Assembly (NCBI GenBank): GCA_964634875.1
Contig: CAZWKA010000006.1
Span: 12,173 to 76,172 of the forward strand
DNA length: 64,000 nucleotides
Source of the DNA: an uncultured Gammaproteobacteria bacterium
GTDB taxonomy: Bacteria > Patescibacteriota > Patescibacteriia > Magasanikbacterales > GWA2-37-8
Reading direction: 5' to 3'
Part shown: positions 20,543 to 29,460 of the stretch, piece by piece
How positions within the stretch are numbered: the first letter of the stretch is position 1
Layout of the letters: each line of letters begins with the position of its first letter
Translations under genes and position numbers: made by a program
The notes under the pieces: model-generated
The model's database searches: none
Seen by the model: the letters and a program-made list of their open reading frames with translations, nothing else
What the model was told of the DNA's origin: nothing

Positions 20543-20905
20543 ATGAAACGTTCGCACGTCGCCCTCCTGGCCCTTTCTCTGCCTGCTTGCGTAGCCGGTC
20601 CTCTCTCGCTCCGCCCGGGCGTGGCGCCCGAGACCTGCTACCAGGCCAGCCAGCGCTTCGCCTGGGCGCCCGACTCCCGCAGGTGGGTCGCTTGCTTGCC
20701 GGACAATGGTGCGGTGACCAAACAGGGATACCGCCTGAAGATGGCCTTCGTCCCTGGCGACAACGGTTGTCGCCTCGAGGCTGCCCCGGACAACGGTCTT
20801 CACTCGCGGCTCTGGCCCAATGTTCCCACGGCTAACATCGATGACACCGGCGAGATGCCGTTCGCTGTCGATGGACAGCCCTACGTCTGCAAGATCGAGA
20901 ACTAG
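20543..20905 (+). CDS. Putative lipoprotein
   Basis: MKRSHVALLALSLPA-C, GAGGT SD, GC-rich codons; C8 tract directly after the stop. Confidence 0.72.
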   Translation: MKRSHVALLALSLPACVAGPLSLRPGVAPETCYQASQRFAWAPDSRRWVACLPDNGAVTKQGYRLKMAFVPGDNGCRLEAAPDNGLHSRLWPNVPTANIDDTGEMPFAVDGQPYVCKIEN

Positions 20906-21035
20906 CCCCCCCCACGACTCCTGGGTCAGCGCCGTTTTGGCTGCAGACCCAGGAGTTGCTTTGTTTATGGAGGTAGCTTGACAAGACATCTTTTTTGCCG
21001 CTGTATAGGGGGTGCTTTTGAAAAGGAGTACCGCC

Positions 21036-21446
21036 ATGAAAGACAGTCGTTTACTCGGCAAAATTCTGTTCGTCCTCCTGTCTGCCTGTGCATCACAACC
21101 GCCGATCGTGTCTTCGCCTGTATCCAGCAGCCAACCCCAGGTGGAGCTTGCTTCAAACCAGTTGGTTGAGCCTCCAGATGGCTGTGCCGGTGATCGTGAG
21201 CGCCTTGGTACGTCGGTCGCTGGCGTGGGTACAATCTGTCGTTCCAGCCGGGATCAGTTCCCCCTCTTTATTAAGCTGACAGCCGAGGAAGATGGCTGCC
21301 GCCTTGTCACCAAGGTCTATCGCGGTGAAGAGGAGGTGCTTCATCTCAACACGCTGGCGAGCGAGATCGTGAAGAAGGGGTCGGCATACCATCTTTCAAC
21401 GAACCAAGAAAATTTTGTCTGCGAATCAGTGCGGTCGGAGGAATAA
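21036..21446 (+). CDS. Putative lipoprotein
   Basis: MKDSRLLGKILFVLLSA-C lipobox, AAGGAG SD, 4 further Cys; 3' hairpin AAGGCTCCGG/CCGGAGCCTT. Confidence 0.75.
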   Translation: MKDSRLLGKILFVLLSACASQPPIVSSPVSSSQPQVELASNQLVEPPDGCAGDRERLGTSVAGVGTICRSSRDQFPLFIKLTAEEDGCRLVTKVYRGEEEVLHLNTLASEIVKKGSAYHLSTNQENFVCESVRSEE

Positions 21447-21553
21447 AAAATTCAGAGCCCACCACCTTGTTTTCTTGGTGTGCCTCAAGGCTCCGGACGA
21501 GCAGCGTATACTGCGCAGCCCCGGAGCCTTTTCATTTGTATTTGTTGTGGTCG

Positions 21554-22648
21554 TTAAAGCAGCTCGGCGTTTGGTTTGTCGATGAGGAGTGTCTCGATTT
21601 TTTTCTCGCTGCCGGTAATCTTCATGACATCTTTATCTATCTTGTTGAGTTCTTTGTACGCCGTGTTATACGAGTTTACGGTCGTGGCTAAATTATTTCC
21701 TAATTTTTTAAAGTAATCATCATAGGCTAAAATGTGACGGCCCAGTTCTTCGACGCGGCCCATAATTTCTTTGGCTGACTCTTCGATCTTGAGTGCGCGT
21801 AAACCTTGCATCACGGTTTGGAGGTAGGCAAGAAACGATGTTGGCGAAACAATAATAACGCGCTTTTCTTTGAAGGCGTATTCGATAAGTGCGGCTGAGT
21901 TAACTTTGAGTGCGCCAACTTTGTTGATGAGGAGGTCGTAATAAATCCCTTCGGCCGGAATAAACATAAACGCGAAATCCATTGTATTTTCCTTGGGTTT
22001 AATATACTTACTTGTTTCATCAATCCGTTTTTTTAAATCGTTTTTAAATAGCGCTTCTAGCTCGGCACGGCGCTCTGGATCTTTTTCTTCGATCGCTCGG
22101 TTATAATTTTCCAAACTAAATTTAGAATCAACCGGGATGATTTTATCTTTCACAAAAATAGCAGCGTCGACAATATCGCCATTCTCAAATTTGTACTGCA
22201 TCTGGTAGCTGCCCGGCGGCAACACGTTTTTTAAAACATTTTCTAAGTAATATTCGCCCAGGATGCCGCGCTGTTTTGGGTTCTGTAAAACATTTTCGAG
22301 CTGCTGCAACTGGTCGGCAAAACCCATTACCTGTTTGTTGGTTTCATCAAGCTTGGTTAATCGCTCTGTTACTTCGGTAATAATCTTTACGCTCTGCCCA
22401 AACTGGGTTTGGATGGTTTGGTGCATATTCTTTTGTGACTCGTTCATGTTGCGGTTGGTGTCATTCATTTTTTGATCAACCAAACGCCCCAGATCCTGGA
22501 TCTGATTTTGGAGCATGATGTAAATGTTCTGCTCCCCTTCTTTAGGCTGCTGGCCCGCTTGGATTTTTCGGTACAAAACAAAAATAAAACCCAGGATAAT
22601 TAAAAACAATAGTATGAGAATACCGATAAAAATTGAAGCGCCTTCCAT
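21554..22648 (-). CDS. rmuC: DNA recombination protein RmuC
   Basis: NPKQRGILGE, PVDSKFSLENY, FAFMFIPAEG and IVSPTSF motifs; N-terminal TM helix; start uncertain (22648 or 22675). Confidence 0.93.
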   Translation of the reverse strand: MEGASIFIGILILLFLIILGFIFVLYRKIQAGQQPKEGEQNIYIMLQNQIQDLGRLVDQKMNDTNRNMNESQKNMHQTIQTQFGQSVKIITEVTERLTKLDETNKQVMGFADQLQQLENVLQNPKQRGILGEYYLENVLKNVLPPGSYQMQYKFENGDIVDAAIFVKDKIIPVDSKFSLENYNRAIEEKDPERRAELEALFKNDLKKRIDETSKYIKPKENTMDFAFMFIPAEGIYYDLLINKVGALKVNSAALIEYAFKEKRVIIVSPTSFLAYLQTVMQGLRALKIEESAKEIMGRVEELGRHILAYDDYFKKLGNNLATTVNSYNTAYKELNKIDKDVMKITGSEKKIETLLIDKPNAELL

Positions 22649-22901
22649 AAAATAATAATTATGTAGAGCTTCCATTGTAACCTGTTTTACCTGCAGCGAC
22701 AAGCAAAATAAGTAAAAAAAGCCGTATTTTAGCCAAATATTCCCAAAACACCCTTGACAAAGACCCTTTTTTATGCTAGGTTGGTTCGTCATGTGCGCTA
22801 TGCCGGACAAGCTCTTTTTAGCCTGTTAGCACGCTCAAACGCAAAAACAATTTTGTTTTAGGGTGTGCTAACAGGAACCATATACAAGGGGGTCCACGGT
22901 C

Positions 22902-23489
22902 ATGTGTGATCGTAACAAACTGCCTTCGGGAAACACTGGTGAAGAACGAGACTTCTGGGACTGGGTGGGTGCTGCTTACGCCAACCTGCTCGTCGACCAC
23001 GACGAAGTTGTCTTTCCTGTCTCGTTCGAGTGGTTGGTGTGCGATGAGGGTGAGGTAATCTACGGGTTCGAGTTGCTCGCTGACGACACGCTCATTTCAA
23101 CGCCATCTTCCGGCAACCCGCTTGGCAAAACGTATGAAGAACGCCTCTTCTGGAGTTGGGTTCGAGATGTCTACTACGATGTTCTCGGCCAGGTCTTTTT
23201 TGATCGTTTTCGTGTGGAACGCTTGAAGCCCGTTTCGACTCCGGGAGTTGGAGAGGAGGAGTGGTTTTATGAGCTGCTAACCGGTACGTGGATCAAACCC
23301 GTACCCGTCGAGGAACTCCGTCTCGCTGAGGCGGTACCGTTGTCTACTGATGACGTAGTTACGGGCCCGAAGCAGATCTTCTACATCCAGAACCAGGCGC
23401 CTGCCAAGCCGGATGGACCGCCTGCCCCCTTCCACTTCGTAGGACGCATCGTCCTCATGGGCGATAAATACGTCCTTGCTCAGGAGTGA
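22902..23489 (+). CDS. Hypothetical acidic protein with an internal repeat (SD-led class)
   Basis: AAGGGGGT SD; ERDFWDWV / ERLFWSWV repeat; terminator at about 23503-23539. Confidence 0.65.
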   Translation: MCDRNKLPSGNTGEERDFWDWVGAAYANLLVDHDEVVFPVSFEWLVCDEGEVIYGFELLADDTLISTPSSGNPLGKTYEERLFWSWVRDVYYDVLGQVFFDRFRVERLKPVSTPGVGEEEWFYELLTGTWIKPVPVEELRLAEAVPLSTDDVVTGPKQIFYIQNQAPAKPDGPPAPFHFVGRIVLMGDKYVLAQE

Positions 23490-23643
23490 ACAAAACAAAA
23501 AATCGGCACCAGGTCCACCCTGGTGCTGTTCTGTTTTTTACCGTATTTTACAGTGTAAAAACAGAGTTACTACTGCGTTTTTAACTTGCCAAACCAAAAT
23601 TTTTACGTTATCATGACGCCCACAAGCATTCCAAAAGGTATTT

Positions 23644-23715
23644 GCCCCCGTAGTTCAACGGATCGAACAAACCCGTCCTAAGGGTGAGATAGAGGTTCAA
23701 TTCCTTTCGGGGGCA
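23644..23715 (+). tRNA. tRNA-Arg(CCT)
   Basis: GCCCCCG/CGGGGGC acceptor stem, A20, ACCC-GT-CCT-AA-GGGT anticodon arm, GGTTCAATTCC T arm. Confidence 0.9.
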
Positions 23716-23951
23716 CGATAGGAATTGAAGGGGGAGGGTTTGGGAACCGGAAGGTTCCCACCGCTGCTGAGGAGAGCCCACGAGAGGGCGGAAGCCCTGT
23801 TCGTGAAGGATCCGCCGCGGCGGGGACGCGTGAAACTTCCTTTCGAGGGAACGAGCGAAGTTCAAAGTTAAAAGCGAAAAACTAAAAATAATTGAATCGC
23901 CTAGAGCGATACTTTAATTTTAAACTTTGCGTTTTTCACTTTTAGCTTTCC

Positions 23952-24022
23952 GGGCCTATGGTCTAGTGGTATGACACGGCATTCGCATTGCCGGAGCGGC
24001 AGTCCGATTCTGCCTAGGTCCA
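23952..24022 (+). tRNA. tRNA-Ala(CGC)
   Basis: G3:U70 acceptor stem GGGCCTA/TAGGTCC; CGGCA-TT-CGC-AT-TGCCG anticodon arm. Confidence 0.9.
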
Positions 24023-24042
24023 CACATTTGGTTGGTTTTTAT

Positions 24043-25539
24043 ATGGGCGAGCATTTTCTTCCACAGCACCCTCAAGAGGTCGAATCTTTAGATCGACCTA
24101 TTGCTGAGTTGCCTTTATCCGAAGCTCGGCAAAAAGTAGATGTTCCATTGTCTTTTTCTAATGAGGCAATGAATTTTTTGGGTAGCGAACATGTTACCGA
24201 GCTCGCCCGGATTATTGAGAGCGAAGAAGTGCGTACCATCGACCTTTTGTGCCTTGCGGGTGAAATGTCGGTAAAGGAAGCTGTTGAATACGCGATGCTT
24301 TTGCCCGAAGTTCGGGCTGCCTATCGCGTGATGGGTGAAAAAGTTGAAGCGCTTAATATCCGCCTGCGTGACAAAAAACTACCCCATTATATTTCGCGAA
24401 GTGTAAAAACAGCAGCGGGTAAAAAAACATATGATGCGCGCCCGATTGAAAATTTTTTTAACGGGGTCAATAATTTTTTTTCGGATGCGTCCAGAAAGAT
24501 CAGTGGGCGTTTGGTTGCCCAAACACTCCTGGGATATGCTGCACAGGAAGTGTACCGGACGCTCACCGTTGATGCATACCGATCACTCGATGCTTTTGAA
24601 GAGGGCGCACTAGATGGGGTTATGCAAGATATGGAACTGCGCGAAAGAAAAGGAGAATTTAAACCAACGGGCGAAGATGGAATTTCTAATCTCGATGCCC
24701 TCAAGGCAATACGTTTTTTTGAATCGTCTCGTTTTAAAACCGAACTTACATCGGCCGGACTATCGAGTAATCCCCCGGCCGAAGATGTTGTCGCGCTTTT
24801 TGAAGAAGTCGCTGATCTGTCGCTATATCGAAGCATTACTTTTACCCATGAAACTGAAAATATTCGGTTTAGCTTTCTGTCGGAAAATAATGATTCGGCA
24901 GTATATCAGCTCCAGAGCCGTTTGCCCGAAATTTGTAAGGTAGAGGTGGCGCTGAGGAAACCCGGGCATTATAAGGAAGCGTCGAAGTTTCCGTTGTCGA
25001 TCGATCGTTTTACGGGTGAACTTTCTACGGTTATGGTGACCAAGCTCTCGTCACATATTGGTAAGGTGGCTGAACTAGGGCTCCGTCATGTGTTGCTTGG
25101 GGAATTGCGCGAGTATTTACTTTCTAAAGAGGATGATATCGCGGAAGCGGAACCAATTGTTCGCCCGCGTAAGGAAGAGCAAAAAGAAACCGCCAGTCTT
25201 ATCGAAGATGGTGGTATGCGTGGCGGCCAGATGCAAAATGTTGAGGTTGCAACTGCAGAGACGGCTGTAGAAGAAACGGTGCCTTTGGTGAGAGTGGCCG
25301 GCGAAAAAGTTTCGTTAAAAAATTTAAAAGGCTTCAAAGGGGGCAGGATTAAAACTGCTTTAGTGAGCCTGCTAGGTGAAGCTAGGGTGCGAGGCTCTCA
25401 TCATATTTTTCGGTGTCGTGACGGTACGACCTATCCAATTAGTCTCCATGATGGGGAAGATGTCGGCACCGGCCTTCTCGGAAAGTGTTTAAAAAAATTT
25501 GGTATCCCGCCCGCAGAACTGCTCGAACAGCTTACCTAA
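24043..25539 (+). CDS. Large protein with a C-terminal HicA-like mRNA interferase domain
   Basis: C-terminus RVRGSHHIFR…YPISLHDGEDVGTGLLGKCLKKFGI matches the HicA pattern; the longer ORF-track start overlaps tRNA-Ala. Confidence 0.75.
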   Translation: MGEHFLPQHPQEVESLDRPIAELPLSEARQKVDVPLSFSNEAMNFLGSEHVTELARIIESEEVRTIDLLCLAGEMSVKEAVEYAMLLPEVRAAYRVMGEKVEALNIRLRDKKLPHYISRSVKTAAGKKTYDARPIENFFNGVNNFFSDASRKISGRLVAQTLLGYAAQEVYRTLTVDAYRSLDAFEEGALDGVMQDMELRERKGEFKPTGEDGISNLDALKAIRFFESSRFKTELTSAGLSSNPPAEDVVALFEEVADLSLYRSITFTHETENIRFSFLSENNDSAVYQLQSRLPEICKVEVALRKPGHYKEASKFPLSIDRFTGELSTVMVTKLSSHIGKVAELGLRHVLLGELREYLLSKEDDIAEAEPIVRPRKEEQKETASLIEDGGMRGGQMQNVEVATAETAVEETVPLVRVAGEKVSLKNLKGFKGGRIKTALVSLLGEARVRGSHHIFRCRDGTTYPISLHDGEDVGTGLLGKCLKKFGIPPAELLEQLT

Positions 25540-25557
25540 ACACTAAGCTGTTTTTTG

Positions 25558-26334
25558 TTAAGTGCTTGTCTCCATAGCTCTCCCCAAACTCCACAGCAGC
25601 TGAAAGAGTTGTTCAAAAGTGCGGCGGATTACTTTGCTTTCCACTACCCACGCCAAGCCCTCTTCGCGGGTACTAAAAAAAGCCACACTGTCATCCCAGA
25701 AAAAAATCGAAGCTTGGAATGCTAAATCCCGTGGTAAAAACTTTGCCTCGCGCAATTCTCGAACATGAGTCATTCGGGAGTATTTTTTTATTTCCCGTGT
25801 TTCGACGCGCAAGCTTTTGAGAAAAATCTTTTTTTCGATCCGACGTTTCGTAAAATGGAACCGTTCCCCAAAAATATCTTGAATTTCTTTGGCGGCGACA
25901 ATTTCATACAGGGTTTTATTTTTTGCTTCAAGTGCTTCGAGAAAAATATCATTCATGCGTTCGCGGTAGTACAGGCGAATCTTGGCTTTACTTTCTCCCT
26001 GCACTTGGAGTGTCTTCAAAAATGGAAGTATCTCCGCCGCTTCTTCCACTTTGCGTTCCATGATCTGTTTGATGACGCCGGGTTCCCCCGCTTCGTAGAC
26101 GTGGCGAGACTTTCGTTTTGTAATATTCACCACCCCAAAATCTACGAGCCGACCAAGGACTGCCTGCACTGTGGTTACGGGTAGCCCAACGCTCCGAGCC
26201 AACGGAGTGAGTGTCGTTGGTTTAAGCGTTAGCAGTTTTAAGTATACTTGGCGTTCTTTATCGTTCAGCCCAAAGCGTCCGAGTACCTCGTTAATTTCTT
26301 TGCTGCGCAAGGCGGTAATTTTTGGTAAAGACAT
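25558..26334 (-). CDS. TrmB-family transcriptional regulator
   Basis: FGLNDKERQVYLKLL wHTH; KIRLYY linker; C-terminal sensor domain ending FEQLFQLLW. Confidence 0.85.
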   Translation of the reverse strand: MSLPKITALRSKEINEVLGRFGLNDKERQVYLKLLTLKPTTLTPLARSVGLPVTTVQAVLGRLVDFGVVNITKRKSRHVYEAGEPGVIKQIMERKVEEAAEILPFLKTLQVQGESKAKIRLYYRERMNDIFLEALEAKNKTLYEIVAAKEIQDIFGERFHFTKRRIEKKIFLKSLRVETREIKKYSRMTHVRELREAKFLPRDLAFQASIFFWDDSVAFFSTREEGLAWVVESKVIRRTFEQLFQLLWSLGRAMETST

Positions 26335-26507
26335 AAACTACTAAATTTTTCGTAGTAATTATATATATGTATTTGCTTTAGTATAGAGTAATTATTTTAT
26401 TGAGTCAAAAAATATACTATAAATTATATAAATAAAAACCTATTTTAAGTAGAGTAGCTTTGTCAGTGAAGTGCTGATGCGACGCTCTTTCACAATGGAG
26501 AAAACAT

Positions 26508-26774
26508 ATGAAGATCCTTAAGGAAGGCCTCTGGAAGAATCCCTGGAGCCACGAGTACGTGTGCAGTGAAAAGGATTGCGCAGCGACGCTCCTCGTCGAG
26601 GAGGCGGATCTGTCCGCGCCCAGCCGATATGACAACGAGGCTGGTCGGTACGAATTCACGTGTCCTATTTGTAGCAAGAAGAACAATGTGGCGGCCAAGG
26701 AAATTCCCCTTCGGATTAAAGAGCTGCTCGACAAGAAGCGGACAGTCAACCGTTCTTGGACGAGTGATCGGTAA
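26508..26774 (+). CDS. Small zinc-ribbon protein (SD-led class)
   Basis: CSEKDC…CPIC; GGAG SD preceded by CGCTCTTTCACAA. Confidence 0.7.
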   Translation: MKILKEGLWKNPWSHEYVCSEKDCAATLLVEEADLSAPSRYDNEAGRYEFTCPICSKKNNVAAKEIPLRIKELLDKKRTVNRSWTSDR

Positions 26775-26964
26775 ACTATGTGTCCGCTGCAAAAAAAGTT
26801 TCTCCATCAACACGCTCCTTTTCCGGTCGAAGCCTTGTGCTCGACCGGATCATCTCCCGGGTCGGTTCAATGAACTGGTTCGAGAGATGGCTCCGCGCCA
26901 TCAGTCTGGTTCTTTGACAATAAAAGTACGTTACCTAGTGGGTTTGTGCTCCCAGATTTGAGTA

Positions 26965-26993
26965 TTGACAAACACTAGATTGCAGGCTATAGT
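26965..26993 (+). promoter_or_regulatory. Sigma70-type promoter of the yjjX-prs-apt operon
   Basis: TTGACA-17 bp-TATAGT. Confidence 0.75.
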
Positions 26994-27121
26994 TAGCTGT
27001 TTTTCTGGCCTGCTTGAGCCGTAGTTTTGCTGACCGTTCGTTTACAACCAAACCGATATGTAGTGGAACGGCAGCTTGAAAGATCGATCTGGTGTTCCAC
27101 TACATATCACAAGGAAAACCT

Positions 27122-27634
27122 ATGAGCCTCTACACTGTCCAAGAAATCGTGATCGGTTCTGATGCTGTACCCAAAGTGATGGCCGGCAAGCTCGCCTGCC
27201 CCAAAGACATCATCGTTGGCCATCCAGCCAAATCGCTGGTGAATAGGCAGCCCTGCGGCTTGAGCGAAATCAGGCAGGGTGCCTGCAACCGGCGGAAGGC
27301 CGCCCGTAAGGGTCGCCCCAGCGGTGACATCTGGATCGGTATCGAGAATGGTGTGGTGTGGCAAGGTGGTAAGTGGTTTGACCTGGCCGCCGTTGCCGGA
27401 TGTAACCGAGCAGGCCGTGAAGTGCTCGTCTGGTCGCTGGCGATCGAGATCCCCACGTGGGTGGTGACCGCAGTTAGAAGACACGGTTTCGATACGACGA
27501 CCATCGGTCTCATGTATGCGGGAGCTGTTAAAGGTGTTGATCACCAGGACATCCACGCTCACCTCACCAACGGCGCCCTGAAACGTGAACAGATCCTGGC
27601 CCAGGCCATCGTAGTCGTGCGGGCTCAGCTGTAG
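27122..27634 (+). CDS. yjjX: YjjX/DUF84 family inosine/xanthosine triphosphatase
   Basis: VIGSDAVPK, QPCGLSEIRQGACNR, IGIENG and LTNGALKRE motifs; AAGGA SD. Confidence 0.8.
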   Translation: MSLYTVQEIVIGSDAVPKVMAGKLACPKDIIVGHPAKSLVNRQPCGLSEIRQGACNRRKAARKGRPSGDIWIGIENGVVWQGGKWFDLAAVAGCNRAGREVLVWSLAIEIPTWVVTAVRRHGFDTTTIGLMYAGAVKGVDHQDIHAHLTNGALKREQILAQAIVVVRAQL

Positions 27635-27676
27635 AATTTAGAAAAGCTACGAATTGAAAGGATATAGGTAAAAAGC

Positions 27677-28717
27677 ATGCGTCGTAAGCAGAACATCATC
27701 CTCTACTTCCCGACGATGAAGAAGCTCGCCTACTCCATCGTTGCGAAGCTCCGCAGACTCAAGAACAATAAGTTCGTCGTGCGTGACCCCAAGATGTCTG
27801 AGTTCGCAGACGGGTCGCCGACGAGCGCGATCCCGAATGTCCGTGGCGCTGAGGTCACGGTGGTGGCAGACATGCAGGGTGAGCACCCCAGCATTGCCTT
27901 CATGCGGCTCGCCGAGATCCTCGACGCGCTTGAGCGGGCAGGTGTAGCTGCGGTCACGGTGGTGATGCCGTACCACAGTTTTTCTCGCTCCGATCGCAAG
28001 GCCAAGGGCCGCGAGTCGATCATGGTGGCTCGAATCGCGACTTTCCTCAAGACCTACAACACCCTCAAACGCATCATCACCATCGATCTCCACTCCGACC
28101 AAATCGAGGGGATGTACACTGGCATCAGTGTTACACACCTCTCCGGGTCGCTCATCTTCGCGCCGAAGTGCCGTCCCATGGCCAAGAAGTCCAAGGATCC
28201 GCTCGTCACGATCGCTGGGGACGTCGGTGGTGCTCGCCGGACGCGCAACACCGCTCGTCTTACTGGTGGTCACACAGTGATGATGATCATGGATAAGACT
28301 CGCCCCAAGAAGAACGAGGCCGAGATTATGGGAATTCTTTGTGACCGTAAGGTCGTCAAAGGACTTCAGGCGGTCATCTGCGATGATGTCGTTGATACCG
28401 CTGGCACTCTGGTTGGGGTCATCAAAGAGGCTAAGAAGATGCGGCTGCGGGCGACTACTGTCATGGCGACGCACGGTGTCCTATCACCAAGTAAGGGGAC
28501 GACAGCGATCAGCAAGCTGCGTGCGAGCGGTGTCACCAAGATCGTCCTCTCTGACACAATCCCCCTGTCGGCCGCGAAGAAGGCAGAGGCGGGCGCTTTG
28601 ATCGAAGTCGTCAGTTGCGCTGATCTGCTTGCCTCAACGTTGCATGCCATTACTACCCCGAATGGCAGCGTCAGCCGCCTCTACGACAATGCCCGCGCCG
28701 CCGCCAAGCGCGCCTAA
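27677..28717 (+). CDS. prs: Ribose-phosphate pyrophosphokinase
   Basis: FADG, VMPYHSFSRSDRK, IDLHSDQIEG, DDVVDTAGT and ATHGVLS motifs. Confidence 0.92.
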   Translation: MRRKQNIILYFPTMKKLAYSIVAKLRRLKNNKFVVRDPKMSEFADGSPTSAIPNVRGAEVTVVADMQGEHPSIAFMRLAEILDALERAGVAAVTVVMPYHSFSRSDRKAKGRESIMVARIATFLKTYNTLKRIITIDLHSDQIEGMYTGISVTHLSGSLIFAPKCRPMAKKSKDPLVTIAGDVGGARRTRNTARLTGGHTVMMIMDKTRPKKNEAEIMGILCDRKVVKGLQAVICDDVVDTAGTLVGVIKEAKKMRLRATTVMATHGVLSPSKGTTAISKLRASGVTKIVLSDTIPLSAAKKAEAGALIEVVSCADLLASTLHAITTPNGSVSRLYDNARAAAKRA

Positions 28718-28740
28718 CACACATAAGGAGAACGTCAGTC

Positions 28741-29292
28741 ATGAGCAATATGATAGCTCACTACCTGTCCCAGTTTCTCGAACCTATCCTGGACTTTCCG
28801 CGGCCAGGCATCGTGTTCCGCGACATCAGCCCCCTGCTCCGCAACCCCGAGGCCAAGGAGACGTGCTTCCTCGAGATGGGCCGTCAGCTCGAGCAGGCGG
28901 GCATCGGCTTCGACCTGGTCGGGATGATCGACGCCCGCGGCTACATCTTCGGCGAGCCCATCGCCCAGCGGCATCGTCGCGGCTCCATCATGGTGCGGAA
29001 AGCCGGTATGATGCCGGTGCGCAAGGGCGCCAAGCTCGTGCGGAAGTCGTATGGTCTTGAGTATGGCACGAGCACCATCGAGATGCAGGACTACGCCGTC
29101 GAGAAGGCTCAGCGGGTCCTCATTGTCGACGACGGCCTCGCGACCGGCGGCACGGCCAAGGCAACGGCTGAGCTCGTCGAGGAACTTGGTGGTATCGTCG
29201 CCGGCTTCCTCTTCGTCTTCGAGATTGAGTCCTGTGGTGGACGACAGATGCTTGACGGCTACCAGGTCGTCAGCATCGTCAAGTTCCCGTAG
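28741..29292 (+). CDS. apt: Adenine phosphoribosyltransferase
   Basis: DFPRPGIVFRDISPLL, DARGYIFG, YGLEYG and VDDGLATGGT motifs; TAAGGAG SD. Confidence 0.96.
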   Translation: MSNMIAHYLSQFLEPILDFPRPGIVFRDISPLLRNPEAKETCFLEMGRQLEQAGIGFDLVGMIDARGYIFGEPIAQRHRRGSIMVRKAGMMPVRKGAKLVRKSYGLEYGTSTIEMQDYAVEKAQRVLIVDDGLATGGTAKATAELVEELGGIVAGFLFVFEIESCGGRQMLDGYQVVSIVKFP

Positions 29293-29319
29293 TTACCCCC
29301 CCCCCGCTTCGTTCCCCCT

Positions 29320-29390
29320 GGCCGCAGGCGTTCTTCTATAGAGCGCCTCGGCCAACACTAAAAACACCCCAATATACTGGGGTGTTTTTA
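29320..29390 (+). repeat. Double-hairpin 3' module, copy 1
   Basis: GGCCGCAGG…CCTCGGCCA…CTAAAAACACC…GGTGTTTTTA; related to 29913-29984. Confidence 0.8.
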
Positions 29391-29460
29391 GTTTCTACCC
29401 TTGACGCATGCCCAATTTTCTGCTACCACTATTCGGTGCCGCTGTAAGGCGAGGGGGAAC

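Noticed and set aside
23971-24042. N-terminal extension of the HicA-fusion ORF
   Set aside because: Overlaps tRNA-Ala(CGC); the ATG at 24043 is preferred.
27647-28474. 275-aa minus-strand ORF
   Set aside because: Antisense to prs; expected in GC3-rich coding DNA.
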